Below, in pieces: positions 62,955 to 64,000 of a stretch of DNA of 64,000 nucleotides. How positions within the stretch are numbered: position 1 is the first letter of the stretch; the number at the start of each line of letters is the position of its first letter. This DNA is from Octopus sinensis (lineage: Eukaryota): NCBI RefSeq assembly GCF_006345805.1, contig NC_043001.1:101494001-101558000 (forward strand), in the 5' to 3' direction. A model generated the notes under the pieces. It had not been told where the DNA came from, made no database searches, and worked only from the letters and a program-made list of their open reading frames with translations. The position numbers were made by a program, and so were the translations under genes.

Positions 62955-63135
62955 ATGGTGAGGATGCTGGGCAAATTGCCGTGTGGCATTTCATTGAACT
63001 TCAGAGTTCAAATGCTGCTGCTGGGGTTGGCTTTGCCTTTCATCCTTTTGGGATAAAATAAGTAGCAGTGAAACACCGGAGATTGATCGACTTAACCCCG
63101 TCACCCAAAATTGCTGGCCTTGTGCCAAAATTTGT
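62955..63135 (+). mobile_element. Diverged SINE family B copy
   Basis: cagagttcaaat...ctttgcctttcatccttttgg...gctggccttgtgccaaaattt. Confidence 0.7.
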
Positions 63136-63717
63136 TATCTAAAGGAATTCAACAAAATTCCATTTTCCTCATCCACAATGCTTCGTCTCACCTTAGTCTG
63201 CTACTGCTCATAGCAATATTTGATCTCCTGTAGCAGAAGCTAACAATAGAAGCTGTCGGTTGGGGTAGGAGTGTGGTTAATTGCTAATCAGCAAACTATG
63301 AATTACTGTGCATTAATAAAGCATGTAAAGAAGAGGAGGAGGAGGAGGAGGAGAGTGAATAGATGTTCGTGCAGTCTGCACTTTGCTCTGACTAAGGAAG
63401 AAACACGTTGCTGTTATATTGATTGTCCTCGAGGTAGAGAGAGATAAATAACGAAATAAGCCCGAGTAATTAAGTAAGAGAAATGAATAAATAATTGGGG
63501 GGTTCTAAAAATCAATCAATAAATAAATTAGTGAACCGATCAATAAATATATTAGTAAAGTTAGTAAGTTGGTAGTTTTTAGTCTCAGCAGTATCAACCA
63601 ATGGAAAATATTGAAGCATTAAATTGCAAAGAGTCGTAAATGAAAATAAACAACCATTAGATAAATAAATAAATAAATAAATGAGTGAAAGTGTTAAAGT
63701 ACTAAACTTGGTGGCTG

Positions 63718-63748
<31 letters not shown>

Positions 63749-63995
63749 TGTCGTTGTCACCATCGTTATCATTATCATAGCATCATCATCATCATCACCA
63801 TCATGTTGTCATTGTTGTCATCATCGTTAGTGTAATCATTATTACCATCATCATCATCATCATCATCGGCATCATTATCCTCTTCATCACCATCATAGAT
63901 GTCATCACCATCATCCTCCTCATTATCATCATCGTTGTCATCATTATTGTCATCATTATTACCATCATCATCATCATCATCATCATAACTACCAC
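63718..63995. repeat. Degenerate (CAT)n microsatellite
   Basis: Visible directly. Confidence 0.92.
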
Positions 63996-64000
63996 TGCCA

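Overview
This is eukaryotic, AT-rich, repeat-saturated genomic DNA. The SINE and LINE families, recognised from memory rather than by database search, and the extreme microsatellite density point to an octopus (coleoid cephalopod) genome. No host protein-coding exon could be supported, and almost all ORFs in the supplied track are microsatellite translations or transposon relics. Main content: a 5'-truncated ~5.1 kb RTE-clade LINE (21557-26708) with AP endonuclease, RT, a PHD-like finger and a tandemly amplified 3' UTR; many short copies of the same RTE 3' end; at least four tRNA-headed SINE families; relics of Penelope-like (PLE), R4/Dong-like, CR1-like and older RTE elements; two DD37D/maT-like Tc1/mariner transposons, one with both TIRs and a TA TSD; TTAA-flanked piggyBac-type MITEs; five unrelated foldback elements; a 42-bp minisatellite; and two near-identical tandem duplications that may be assembly artefacts. 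The most interesting signal is a set of short (TA)n-flanked modules carrying minimal type-I hammerhead ribozyme folds. Two of them (55474-55515 minus, 59561-59646 plus) share the identical stretch UCGAAACAUGUGUUG and a GUU cleavage triplet, while their helices I and II differ in sequence yet still pair. All coordinates were read by hand, and boundaries of degenerate repeats are approximate.
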